This document shows, one piece after another, positions 14,085 to 26,900 of a DNA stretch of 64,000 bases; position 1 is the first letter of the stretch; every line of letters begins with the position of its first letter. Location of the stretch: NCBI GenBank assembly GCA_050084985.1, contig JBITNC010000002.1, positions 37,758,001-37,822,000 on the forward strand, read 5' to 3'. The DNA is from Nageia nagi (lineage: Eukaryota > Plantae > Pinophyta). A program made the translations under genes and the position numbers. The notes beneath the pieces are model-generated. The model made no database searches. It was not told the DNA's origin and worked only from the letters and a program-made list of their open reading frames with translations.

Positions 14085-14401
14085 AATTAACATACCATAT
14101 AATCTCTACAATTATACAGCCCGTTCTTGAAATGATGGAAGTAGGTTGCACCTTTCATGATGAGTTCCAAATCATAATCTTGGGATTTGAATTTAGTGGC
14201 ACTATGTAGTCATCACATACTCACAGATTGTTTGTGATATGGAGATGGATTTCGAGGGTTGAAATAGTGAACTTCTCTGTTGAAATTGTATAACAGGTGT
14301 CCCTTCATCTCTTCTGCTTCTTATCACTATAAATCTGTGTTGGCCACATAACCTGCATCATTATGTGTTCAATTAATTTCTTCCCCATGGCAAAAATTTC
14401 C
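14085..14401 (-). pseudogene. Decayed E+/DYW cytidine deaminase domain of the PPR gene
   Basis: Broken frames read KEIFAMGKKL, AGYVANT, TEKFTIS, ITNNL*VCDD/HSATKF and YFHHFKNGLYNCRDY(+1 nt)W, matching DYW consensus HSEKLA...KNLRVCxDCH...RFHHFxxGxCSCxDYW. Confidence 0.9.
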
Positions 14402-16240
14402 TTAAGAATGACTATGCCATCTGTCTCCAACTATAAACACATGAATCTTGCTATTTAACTCAATGAAACTATACCCAGGAGGCTTTATTACACCCCTTGT
14501 TCTCATCATGACTCTGATATTTACTACATCTTCCCACCTGCCAGCTGCAGCATACATATTTGATACCAAAACATAGTATCCTGCATCTTCAGGCTCTAAC
14601 GCAAGAAGGCATTTTGCAACATGCAGTCCTAGCTCAATGTTATTATGTATTCTGCAGGCACCAAGTAGAGCTCCCCACACACCTGAATCAGGCTCAATTG
14701 GCATCCTGTCTATAAAATCTTGTGCCTCCTCGAAATGGCCAGCTCGACCAAGTAGGTCAACCATGCATGCATAATGCTTCAAACTGGGTTTGATAAGATA
14801 ATATTTAGTCATTGCTTCAAAGTAATGCCTGCCCTCATCCACCTTACCTGCATGGCTACATGCATTTAAAACACTTATAAAAGTGACCTCATTCGGTTTC
14901 TTATTTGCTTGTTCCATTTGCAAAAAAAGTGATAGGGCCTCTTCCGCGTATCCATGCAATCCATACACAGCAATCATTGCACTCCATGATACAACATCTC
15001 TGACACACATTCCATTAAATACCCTTCGTGCCATCTTTACACTCCCACATTTAGAATACATATCAATCAGCCCAGTTCCCACACAAACATCCAAATCAAG
15101 CCCAGCCCTAATCACACAACCATGTGTCCCCTTCCCTTGTTGCAGAGCACCCAAATTCCCGCAAGCCACCAGCACACCAACAAAAGTGACACAATTGGGC
15201 CTGACCCCTTGGAACTGCATCCAACTAAAAAGCTGCAAAGCCTCATTCTCACATTCATTACAAACAAACCCCCCAATCATTGCACTCCATGACACCACAT
15301 TTCTCTCAGGCATTTCAACAAACACTTGCAATGCAAACTTCATAAACCCACATTTCGCATACATATCCAAAAGGGCAGTTCCAACAAACACGTTAAACTC
15401 AAATCCCATCCTAATCAAATAGTGATGAAGCCACATACCTTGTTGCAGAGCCCCAAGATCACCACAGGACGAGAGAGCACTCGCAATAGTAACACAATTG
15501 GGCATGATTCCCACTGCTAGCATTTCATTAAGAAGCGCCAGAGCCTCATAGTTATATCCATTTTGCGCATAACCTGCAATCATAGCAGTCCATGAGACAA
15601 CATCTCGCAAAGGCATTTTGTCAAACACTTGGCGTGCATCTTCAACCCTACCACATTTCGCATACATGTCCACAAGTGCAGCACCCACATAAATATCCAA
15701 TTCGAATCCAGCCTGAATTATTTTCTTATGAATCCTCACACCCTCTTGCAAATCAGATAAGCCCGCGCATGCCCTAAGAACAGACGGAAATGTCGAATTG
15801 TTAGGGTTTACAGTTTTGTATCTCATTTGGTGAAACAGATCCAGGGCTTCTAGAAAGAAACCCTCTCTCGAATACATTCTGATCATGGAATTCCATAACC
15901 AGATATCGTCGCTTTGTTCACGAAATTTAACAAACATTAGGCGGGCATTGTGTAGAGTACCAAAGAAAGCATACGCAGATAATAATCTAGTGGCTAAAAA
16001 TCTGTTTTGGGCAAGCCCACAGGTCAGTAAGCGGGCATGGAGTTGCCTCAGTTGCTCAACATTGCTACATATCTGCAATAAAGAAACATACTGGTATTTG
16101 TTATTGTTGTTTTTTTTGTTAATTTTTGGTAAAGATTGTAGCATTGAACTTGTGACTGCCTTAGGGGTTGCAGCAGTAGAATGAGTGATAGAATAAGAGT
16201 GGAATAAGCGGAGGAAACTTTCGGTCGAAACATGGCGCAT
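14402..16240 (-). CDS. PLS-class pentatricopeptide repeat protein, E/E+ type (612 aa), probable organellar RNA-editing factor
   Basis: Intronless ORF with repeated VVSW.AMI.GY / ALVDMYAKCG P-L-S motifs, E domain (HYACMVDLLGRAG...WGALLGACRIH) and PG box (KPPGYSFIE...HVFIVGD); Ser/Thr/Arg-rich N-terminus resembling a transit peptide. Confidence 0.97.
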   Translation of the reverse strand: MRHVSTESFLRLFHSYSITHSTAATPKAVTSSMLQSLPKINKKNNNNKYQYVSLLQICSNVEQLRQLHARLLTCGLAQNRFLATRLLSAYAFFGTLHNARLMFVKFREQSDDIWLWNSMIRMYSREGFFLEALDLFHQMRYKTVNPNNSTFPSVLRACAGLSDLQEGVRIHKKIIQAGFELDIYVGAALVDMYAKCGRVEDARQVFDKMPLRDVVSWTAMIAGYAQNGYNYEALALLNEMLAVGIMPNCVTIASALSSCGDLGALQQGMWLHHYLIRMGFEFNVFVGTALLDMYAKCGFMKFALQVFVEMPERNVVSWSAMIGGFVCNECENEALQLFSWMQFQGVRPNCVTFVGVLVACGNLGALQQGKGTHGCVIRAGLDLDVCVGTGLIDMYSKCGSVKMARRVFNGMCVRDVVSWSAMIAVYGLHGYAEEALSLFLQMEQANKKPNEVTFISVLNACSHAGKVDEGRHYFEAMTKYYLIKPSLKHYACMVDLLGRAGHFEEAQDFIDRMPIEPDSGVWGALLGACRIHNNIELGLHVAKCLLALEPEDAGYYVLVSNMYAAAGRWEDVVNIRVMMRTRGVIKPPGYSFIELNSKIHVFIVGDRWHSHS

Positions 16241-16571
16241 TTTTGTAGCGCAATGGGTACGCCATTAAAATGGAGCCAACAAGAAGACATTATGACTGCA
16301 AATTGATGAAGTCCAATGATATTGGTGCTGTTTGAATCCATGTTTTTTAAGTATGAAGTATTTTTATTAAGAGTTCCCAACACTAGATTTGGATCTCGGT
16401 GTGGGTACTTGCATCTGCTACTGTAGTTATGTTGCTTTTTCATCTTATAAACAATGGATATCTCGGGTAGATCAAGTTGAAGATTGAAACTTCAAAATAG
16501 GTAAAAAGTTTATCTCTAAAGAGAGTGAGCAATGAAATTTATCAATAAAAAAGATTATGAAAAATAGAGCT

Positions 16572-17480
16572 TGCGAAAAGTAGTATAAAGAACATTTTAA
16601 TGTAATATCAAAAATACTTTTATAATTTTAAAAATATCAAAATTATATTTTAACTTTTTAACAATTGAATGGAATGATAGTCACATGTGGCATGATACTT
16701 TCGGTTTGTATAATTCATGGGTACATGCGATCATATAAAACATTTAAGATCATAAGTGTGGATTTTAGGATTGCTTGCTTCCTAGTTTGATCTTGCGATA
16801 GGGTTGTTTGGCTTTCAAATGAAATGTACACAACCTAATGCAGGCATTGAACATCCAACCATTGAATCGGTTGTTCCTCATTGATATTTTCCTTTTTACC
16901 TTGCTTGTTAGTCATAAAAAATAGGTGGAAGTATTTATCCTACTACTCATATTGGCTTACTCATTAGAGTTTTCAAGTTGAACATACATAGGCTCAAGCT
17001 CATGAAACATATTGATTTGAATTCCTTGACCTTTGCTAATGGAACATAGACGGTTAAGCAAGAACTGCATCCCTCGGTTAGATGATTCTGGATCAAAGAA
17101 ATTATTAGCAATCTTGTGTCTATGCAACGTGAGACGTTGAGAGAGATTCAAGCTCAAAATAATGCCATCCCCATTTTTCTCTAAAATGTTGTTTTGCACC
17201 ATAGAGCACAAAATGGAATAGAAGAGATTAGTCGTGAAGGCATAGAACGTAAAAAATTTCATACTTGTGATCCAAATTTTTTTCGCAGTTGCATGTGCCC
17301 ATCCCAAAGCATATCATGGATTATGCAGATCAAAGGTATCGCACCATGTTCATGGTTTTGATAGATTGAAGTTAACCATCCAGTTGTTAAAAGATAATAA
17401 GGGTAGTTTTGATATTTTTAAATTATAAGGGTATTTTTTATATTACCTTGAAATACAAGGGTATTTTAGATATTTTCACT
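16572..17480. mobile_element. Degenerate Mutator-like TIR element with ~700 bp of internal sequence
   Basis: About 16600-16675 (aatatcaaaaatact...aaaaatatcaaaatt...ttttaacaattgaatgg) is approximately the reverse complement of 17375-17450 (ccatccagttgttaaaa...gttttgatatttttaaattataagggtatttt). Confidence 0.55.
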
Positions 17481-17499
17481 ATAAAAATATATGAATAAC

Positions 17500-20400
17500 T
17501 CTCAAATGCACTCAATAAGAAAATGCATTTTAAAACAAATGGAAGTTATTCACTTTTTGTTGACTATTGGTTGAAGTTGGCAGTATAGATTGTAAAATCT
17601 ATGGGAAGTGATGTTCAAGAAGATACTCTAGTTTAGATCCATAAAATTGACACAAATGGCATGGAGAACTCATTTTCTGACCACATAAGAGTTTGAAGGC
17701 AAAAGAAGATTTTTCTTTGATATTAGTCAAAACTCAAAAAGACTAAAGCGTTATTGGAAAATGAAGGTTGACAAAAAGTTTTTTGATGGAAAATAATCAT
17801 CAATGTAGAATTAAAAGATCAAACACACTTGGAAATTGACTAAGGCATAAAAAGATGTCAAGACCTTAACATGTTAGAGAAATATAAATCTAAGATTTGA
17901 TTCAAGAATAAGAATTGATTGAGCAACAATTACTAAAACCAAGCGGTAACAAACTTTGAGAAATTTTAAGTAGGATGATCATGATCAATTCCATTTGTGG
18001 AAGGTAGTAGAACTCAAAGGAGATATTTCAAATTTTGAAATGTTGTGGCCTCTATCATGTATTAATCAAATATAGCATGCCTTTATCATGTAATGTCTAC
18101 TTTATTTTTTAAGTTTAGGATGTAATGGATGAATATCCTCCATAGCTTACAAATAAGGGTAAACATGATAAGTAAATGGTCAGATCATCAAGCATGTTTG
18201 CCCTCTATATCATTTTTGTAATCTCTTTGTTCATATTAATGAAGATATTATTTATCCATTGTATCAATTTCTTTTTGATGATTGTGATTCTTATGTATGG
18301 ATGTTTGTACATATTACAGATAAAATGTGATCATTAATGTTAATCCTTGAATAAAGGCTAGAATGAGTTAGCTTATGTTCCTAAGTATTCAACATAGTTG
18401 TGGACTCCTTCCATAGGCTTGAGCTTAAGAACTTCTAAACCTTATCCATTTCTAACCTTTAACCTTCACACATTGTCTTTCAATCACATCTGTTCTTTAA
18501 AGAATGGGTTATCGAATGCAAAATTCCCACAATAATAATCCTTTCATGAAACCTCAATTGAAGTAGTTTTTTAGTATGTCTATGGTGCAATTTGGACATA
18601 TTATACTTCTTCAATCAATAATTTCTTTTTTAGCATGCCTAATAGGATAGAGTCCCACAAATCATTTGAATGATGCATCTTCATATGGCTCACTAAGTTT
18701 CTTATTGGTTCTTAGTGGGATGCTCTCCCACTAATGCTTGTTACCTAAATACTTTTACAAGTGCTAGTAGATAACCTACATTCCTTGAATATCTAGTAGG
18801 TTTCTCTTCAAACAACACCAAGATAATTGAATCTAACCAATCATTTTACTCTTAAACTTTCATAGGATCATATGATCCTATTAACAACTACAAAACCATT
18901 ATCTTGACCTAAAATTCTCCATACTATGTAGTCTAATGCTACATATCACACTGAGTGTACTACTGATACAAAGAAAGAGAATATGAAATCATATGGTATT
19001 GGTGTTGTTTGAATCCATATTTTCTAAGTATGAAGTATTTTGGTTCAGGGTCCCAAACACTTGTGCCATGATTTGGATCTTCTTGTTGCTTAATCCTCAA
19101 AGTAATTGTTATCTCATATTTTTATGTTACATGTGAGAATCATTTGGAATTGGGTAGAGGGTTTTGTAGAATTTAATCTTTAATTTCAATTTTTTTTATT
19201 AAAATAAAAATTATCAAAATGAAAATATATTAGTAAAAGTGTTGAAATGTAGAAATCTAAAAATTATGTATAAATATTATGGTTGTATTCTAGCTTTATT
19301 ATGGACTCTTTACGATTGAACGGAAAATGTTATGGTAATTGATGAATGATAAGGATTAGTAATAGTTAGGGTGATAAATAAATCATGTTAGGTATCTAGA
19401 GTTGTTATTTAGAATAGAATAAATAATATATAGAAGCATCTAGAATATCAATTATCTATGTTATTGTGAAAACTATGTTCCACTTTGTTTTGTAAACTTG
19501 TGTATAAATACCATGTGCCTAAAACTATGGTATACTTCATGTACTTACTTATTTAAAGTTTTCCCTTGGAATAAAATGTCAAGCAATTTTATCTCCCATA
19601 TCCTTTGTATCAAAGCAAGTTCATTCACTTGTAGGTTTTTGCTTTTGAGAGTTTGAAGGAGAATTTTTGATTCTCTAAGATCAATCTGATCTTATAAAGT
19701 GCAAAAAAATAAAAGAAGTAGACCAACCTAACTTTTTAAAAAAATGATGGAGGATGTCAAATAAGGTTGGTTGGATTATTAAGGAATGGTTCAACTCTTT
19801 CTAAGGGAGAATATGATAGTAGTATCATAAAATATAAGGGGTAATAATACCCTTACTAAGCAAACATGAATTGATGATCATTATTTGAAGATATATCATG
19901 ATGTTTTACGTCTATGGGAAAAGAAAATAAAAGAATTAGAGGTAGTAGCAATCACTAAAAGAATGTATCAAATATACAATTTAGTTATAATCAATGTAGA
20001 TAGAGCTTAAAGAGGTTTAACACATTATTGGAATCGTTACAAACAATTATAAAGTTCTATCTAGGATAATAATCATAAGTGATTTTGGAGAGGGGAAGGG
20101 ACAATTATAACACCAAATGGGACTCACAATCCATCAAATAGGTGATTTGTGGTACCTCAAAACCACACTAATACAATCAAATTACATCATTATTAGGTGG
20201 AATATGATGATCGTAGTATCCATAATTGGACACATTAATAACAATAATGTTTCCATTAATGAATGTACAAAGCTACAATTTTGGACTGTTAAAAGAGAAT
20301 GTAATTCATAACATATTGGTGAGAAGACTACTACAATGTTCGCCTTTGCATCGAGGAGGAAATGTAGATAGAAACAACTGGCTATACAAGAGCCTCAATC

Positions 20401-20750
20401 AAAGAAGAGGAGAAGGGACTCCCAAGAATAGAGATCAAATATGACTTCAACAATGACAACTTCAACCACAACTATGACTATGACTTCAACAACAACCATA
20501 AAATCTTAGAGGAATATATAAAGAACATAACAAAATGAGTAGATTTGAAAAGATATGTATAATTCAATTTTAAGCTATCTACAATCTTCAACCATAATCA
20601 TCTTGTGTAATTCTCTGCGCAAATACAAGTTTTGGGTCATTGTATAAAACCCCCTTCAATTTACCTTACCAAGAAAACTTGGACAAATGATTGTAATTTA
20701 TTTAAAATTATATCAATAAAATAAAGGTATCATAAAATATAAAAGATTTT
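17500..20750. mobile_element. Degenerate LTR retrotransposon fragments (probably gypsy)
   Basis: Integrase-like remnants near 18400-18900, LTR-like stretch from 19328, PBS-like tgtatcaaagc near 19606, gag-like debris after it. Confidence 0.45.
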
Positions 20751-23700
20751 TTTGACTATAAACAAGCTTTGTAACAATAGGATATAAAGTTTAAATTACA
20801 CATTTCACATGAACCAATAATAGGATAATAGTTAAATAGTAAAGAAATAATAGAAAGGTTTTTGATCTTAAGCTAATAGTTTGATCTTAAAAAACTTAAA
20901 GAGTTGAGTAAATAATAATGTTACCATGTAATGTCAATTGAAAAACAATTCATGATAACTATATTAAAAAACATTGACTAATAAAAATCTAAAATATGAT
21001 AAATTCAATAGAACAAAATCTTCAAATATTTGCATTAGTAAATTAAGACATAATTTTTCAATAACGATCATTGTATTATATAATGTTGTTTTTTATGATT
21101 TTTTTTTCTAATTATTAAGAATCCATATGTAAGTGTAACCAACTCACTCAAAATACAAAGTAACAACAAACATACCATCCACTTTTATTCACATGTTTGT
21201 ATGCAATTGCTATTTGACAAGTTTCCCACTCTCTTTAGTTGACCACAATTCCATCTATATTTCCCTTGCATAATTTTCAAATATTCGAATTACCTTTACA
21301 TTCAATTGCATCTATATTTCCATACATAAGTTCCAAATATTCAAGTTAACTTTGCATTAAACAATAATAGCAAAGTTAAAACTTCATTTTATGCATTTGA
21401 GTGATAAATGTTGAAATTCAATTCACATCTTGCATTAAGATAAACTTTTGTATAAAGAAGTTCATTTGGATTTTGTCAAAAATTGAATACCATTTACCAT
21501 AAAAACTCTATGATCATCAATTATTCATAATTGTTCTTATTTATAGGTGCTCACACTTTGAAATCATAGATGAATTATGAAAATAAAAAATGTGTTGCAC
21601 TCAATATGAAAGCCGCCACCCATCTTAGATAACAAAATTATCATTGATAGATACTGCAACACACTAAGTTCCAAACTTATCACATCCTATTTTCAACCAG
21701 AAGAAGCTAGAAACCATAAGCGTCACATAAGCCCTGAAATTTCTGAAAACATCACTCTTTAATGAATTATTAGGATAACTCCTCCAATTGTAACATCAAG
21801 AACTTCTTCTCAACCTCAAATGTATAGGATTTTTACCTCATTTCATAATTGTTATACTTTTGACACTCCTTTTTGTTTATTACACTCTTACACAAGACTT
21901 GCATTAAACACTCCCTTACTCTTATTATATGTATTTTTCTACAATCCCATTGACTATTTTTTAACATCCACAAACATTAATATCAAATTTTAATTTCAGT
22001 TATTGATTTTTCCTTTTCACATTGAAAATGTCCTACAAATCACCAAATAAATCACACATTAATTCCTTACATCAATAACTCAAATCTAATTTACTTCACT
22101 TTAGGGAATAAAATATCAATTCGTTGATAGTGAAGGCCTTAAAAACTTATTTCTCTATAACATGTAAGTCTACAAGCTATCAAAACTAAAATTGAATCCA
22201 AAATTGTAAATATAACCCAGATTACAAGTGAACAAATTTAATATTGACAAATCTAAATCTCAATCACAAAACTGGATCAACAATTCTCGGCAAAAAAATG
22301 CTATGGAAACATCATCATGCATCACCAACAATTGTTTAGATTCTTATATCATTTATTTTAATCTTGCCTTGCCATACTATATCTTATTTATAGTTACATT
22401 TATTACTTAATTATCTAAGAACCTCAATTTATAAACCAATTGTTGTAATCTTATCAAACTAAATGTCATATTTAAAGTTAATATTTATTATTCATTTATT
22501 ATGCACTTAATTAACCCAGGTTTTCCCTTCGTTTTAATTATTCTATAAACGTGGAGAAAAACTCACATTGCAACTTCCCAATAACATTGTAATCAAATAC
22601 TTTGCGGACATGGCTACCAAAATTTCTTCCTCTAAACATTTATTTGTAATCTATTTTTTAATAGAAAAATATTTAAGATGTTATATTGGATGCTCAAAAT
22701 ATTAAAATTCTGCTCCAGATTCAATAAAGATGATCAAATTAAAATAAGGCTGAAGGATACCATGGATACTACAAGAAATGCTTCACAATCTTACAGAATG
22801 GTATTTGGACTATGCAGAATGATCGTGAGATTAACCATGGTGAAAAAAATTTATTTATACAGAACTATTCAACACATGTAAAAAGGTGAATTGAATATAT
22901 ACTACTATTCCCAAGAAGCAGGGAAATAAGGTAGGTAGTCTGCATGCCCCAAAGTCTCAAAAATGCTAAAATGTGGACCACCTTATCTAACATCCAATTA
23001 TGATTCGACAATCCTTCATAGTTCCATCTATTATGAAAAGATTACAGGTTGAAATCCAATCTATTAAGCATGGTAAAAGCATCTTGCAGCCACTACGAAG
23101 TGCCTAAGAAAATTAGTTTAGATATTACATCATACTTCAAGTTCAGGGCAAACCAAACAAATCCTTTGCATGCATTGGAGCTACTTTCTGCTCTCAGGTC
23201 CATATTACTTATTCTTGTTTCTGCTCAGCTTTATACAGCACAATCAAATATGGGCAGCTTTTCCACAAGGAAACAAATCCAGATTTTATGCATTTTTAGC
23301 GTTTTCACAAACTCTTGGTTAGAAAAGGGACAAGAAGTTCCAACATTATTTCAAATTATATGGCACTTGAAAGAAAACAACCTATTGTCTCCATGAAGTG
23401 TTAGTTTGAGACTAGACTAAGTACCATTATTCTAAAGGTTCAGCTTACAAACCTATCATGAAAACCATACTGATTACAAAGATATATAAAGCTAATTTTG
23501 AGTTCCCAGATTCATGCTGCTGAGGCTCTCTTTTAATAAATATTTGGTTTGATCTACATCCAGGAAATATTTTCGAAAGGAAAACAACCCCTGATTGTCA
23601 CTTCCGTCCATTAAACAAAATTTGACAAAGGCAAGACCATTATGTACTGCACACTAAAAGATTCTCGCATATGAAACATCATAGCTAATCCGTGCACCCT

Positions 23701-23972
23701 GAGGAGCCTATTTTGAACATTTAAAACACAATATACAAATTGATACTTAACAAATCATCAATATAAGCTCTTGCCAATGAAGATAACCAAAACAAGCTGG
23801 GCAATTTTATTATTAATCTTAATCTTGTTAGAAACAATCATTTAAATACATAAATGATATATTTTTATCTGTAGACAAGGTTTGATGGATCCTACAAACA
23901 ATTGGGTTTGAAGGACATTAAAAGGGATTTCATTCTTTCATTTAATACCAAGTTTTCCAAATCCAACCTGTC

Positions 23973-26900
23973 TTATTTCTTTAGCCTTTTCTTCTGCAAT
24001 CTCTTTTTTGCCATAAACGTAGTTGCAGCTGATAGCGTATACCTGCAAAAGAAATTTCCACGGTAAATCTTCTCTTGGAAGAAAAATCAAGTTTCTCATT
24101 ACAGTAAAACTAAATTTACAAATCTGAAGACAACAGAATTGTCAAGCACAGCCACTCTGTTAGCTTTAGCTTTATTTAAAATCCAAGCAAATCAGCATAA
24201 TTTGTTAAAGGTTCAACAGTTTCATCTCAATAAGAACACCATCAAAGTAGCTTATAGTTCTTGGACTTTAGACCTGCATGATTATAGACGTTGTTTCCTT
24301 TCACTTGCTTGATTTTGCCATGATACACCAGATAGAAAACTTGCTTGATTTTGACATAACACACTCACACATTTTGTTCACGGAAATAATTCTCAAAAAA
24401 CAATTCAGAAGAGGTTGATACATAAAGATAACAATTTTACTTGACTCTAATAGTATTAAAGGCCCCACTGGCTAGACTTATATAAGCAATCTGTTGTTTT
24501 TATCAAGCTCTGTAATGAGTTATCTTAAGCCTTTCGTTGCAGGAAGAAAGACTGAATTGCTTCTATTTCTTCATCTTCTTTCATGTCTTGATCTTCTGCT
24601 CGAGCTTGTACATATATTTCTTCGTTTTGTTTTCTTCTTTTAGATCCCCTTTGCCATAAATATACTTTTTATTTGCAGTTATAGCCATATATAAGCAGTC
24701 CATTGCACATGAAGCAATTTTTTGAAGTTCACCAGTCGGATTGTTATGTCTTCCCTTTGGTTGGTGGACATATTCTATTTATTTGGGTTTGCTATTATAT
24801 TCAATAGCCTTTTTATAATCAAATCCCCCTTTTCTCAGGTGGATGAGTGAAAATCTCTACTGTTGCTATAATTGCTGGTTGCAAGTGTTAAATATATGCA
24901 AATAGATTATTAAATAAGCAATGTGCTAATGTATACGAGTCATCACCACTTTCAAGCTGTTTTTTGTGGTCTCAAAATAGGCAAATAGCATTTACGGTTC
25001 ATTACAAATATTTAGCACCCCAAATGTGTGTCCGTCCTCCCATCAATTGGAAGACTGTTATAACAATTTTATTCATCACCATCAACTCAAGGTTGATGAA
25101 AAGCTAGATTCAGTTAACTTTTATAGAAAGGTTACGTCCTATGAATTCATCTGGGATAAACATGTCTTGTGGGTGCCATGCAGGTAGAAAATATGTTATG
25201 AAAACTAGATAGGGTTGACTACTTGAGCTGATGGTAAGGAAGTAGTTTTAGAATATAAAATTAATCTAAGATGGTAAGGAAGTAGTTTTAGAATATAAAA
25301 TTAATCTAAGATGGTAAGAAAGTATGTGCCAGAATTGCACTGAAGCAAGACGAGTTAGACTGCATTCTCTACATCTTGTAATCTTTGTTTCCCTGCATAA
25401 GTCAGCTTATGTTTGTACAACCTTCTAGCTGAATATTTCCCTTTGGATATTTTAACTCGAGATGATGGTAAGGAAATAATTTCTATTGCAACTCTAGGAG
25501 TCCACTTCACTAAACTATGTTGTTCTGACTAAGTTTTCAGCATAGCCTCTACACATGGAGGGTTTAACTCTCATTGTCATAGCTGACTGAACATTTGATA
25601 GATAGAAAGAGATATATTCTTAACCCTTTTCTTGCCCGTATGGATTGTCTACAGGAGTTTGGGTGGACAATATTGAGGCTAGCGTTCAAATACTGGCCTA
25701 CTTATTCAATCTATTGGCATTTCTGTACATAGCTTAAAACCTTCAAGTACTCGCAAAATGCTCCTCCTCATCTCTTGTCTAGTACAAACATAAATTACAT
25801 AGTTGTCATGCATATTTATCACCAATATATTTGAATCAGTTCGATCTCTCCACCCCAGCCTTCCATCCTAAAAGTAACTTTCTATGCAAATCACTTCTTG
25901 CATTTTGAGTCACACCCTAATTATATTAAGAAACATCAGACTTGTGACTCTAGACCATCTAGGCCAATGCAATGCCTGTTCTCACCTGTTGTATATTGAG
26001 ACAGATCACCACATTTACCAAAAGTGATAGGACTTGCTACTTTTTCAACCTTGAGGAGGTGGACACTAGAGAACATTCCATCCTTAGAAGCCTCATCCAT
26101 TATGAAAATTGACTACTAAGGTATAAATGTTTGTGCAAAAAAAGTCGCTTCCTTTTTTGTGTATCCCAGCAAAGGGTGCTTAGCTTTGTAAGTTCAGCAA
26201 ACGGTTACTCGTAGGTGTCAAATCTTGCCATTAAGTCTCCAATACCATTATATTAATTATGTTCTCTTTTCACTTGTTGTTGTTGTTGCAGGCTTTGAGT
26301 TTCTCTTTGACATTACCATTACCCAAGCCAATGATGACATACCAGTGTGAGAATCTCTCCTTCACAAGCACTTTTTACAGCTTCTGCAACCTCCTGATCT
26401 CTCCAAAGGAAATGTTGCCCCATTTTTTCTCCAATGCTGTATGCAAACCACCCATTCCTACTCATAATCTAAGACCCAGCCAAAAGAAAACATTTTCATA
26501 TCTTTTTATACATGTTATCGGCCTTTGATGTTAGGAGAGTTAAATATTATTTGTTGCCATTTCAGTATGTCCAGCCAAATACAAACAATCCTAACCACTC
26601 TCCCATAAGCATCATCATATCTTCCATTGGTTCTTTTAAGATGACTGACGATGATGATAAATGTTCTACCATTTGGTACTCTAATATGGATTATATTCTG
26701 TTCTGCACTGTGCTATGTATAGTAATGGTATTCTATGTCATAATAAATCTTAGAATGCCCATAATTCATCTACTTCTGATTTATTTACAGAGTTTTGTAT
26801 TATATTTTGGAATAGTTTTTATTTTTAGCATATTTATTTTTTGTTTCAATAGTTTTGGACCTCTACAATGCATTGTATGTGGATATTTCTCTTTTAGTCC

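Noticed and set aside
14085-14404. Restoration of the DYW domain by RNA editing, readthrough or splicing
   Set aside because: Several independent frameshifts and lost zinc ligands; no simple event would repair it.
14883-16184. Plus-strand ORFs (179, 64, 61 and 99 aa) overlapping the PPR gene
   Set aside because: Antisense shadows of the repetitive PPR coding sequence.
25500-26350. Helitron Pif1 or UPF1-type helicase as the source of the intronic motifs
   Set aside because: Motif spacing is compact and an RdRp-like SGDDS block follows; disfavoured but not excluded without a profile search.
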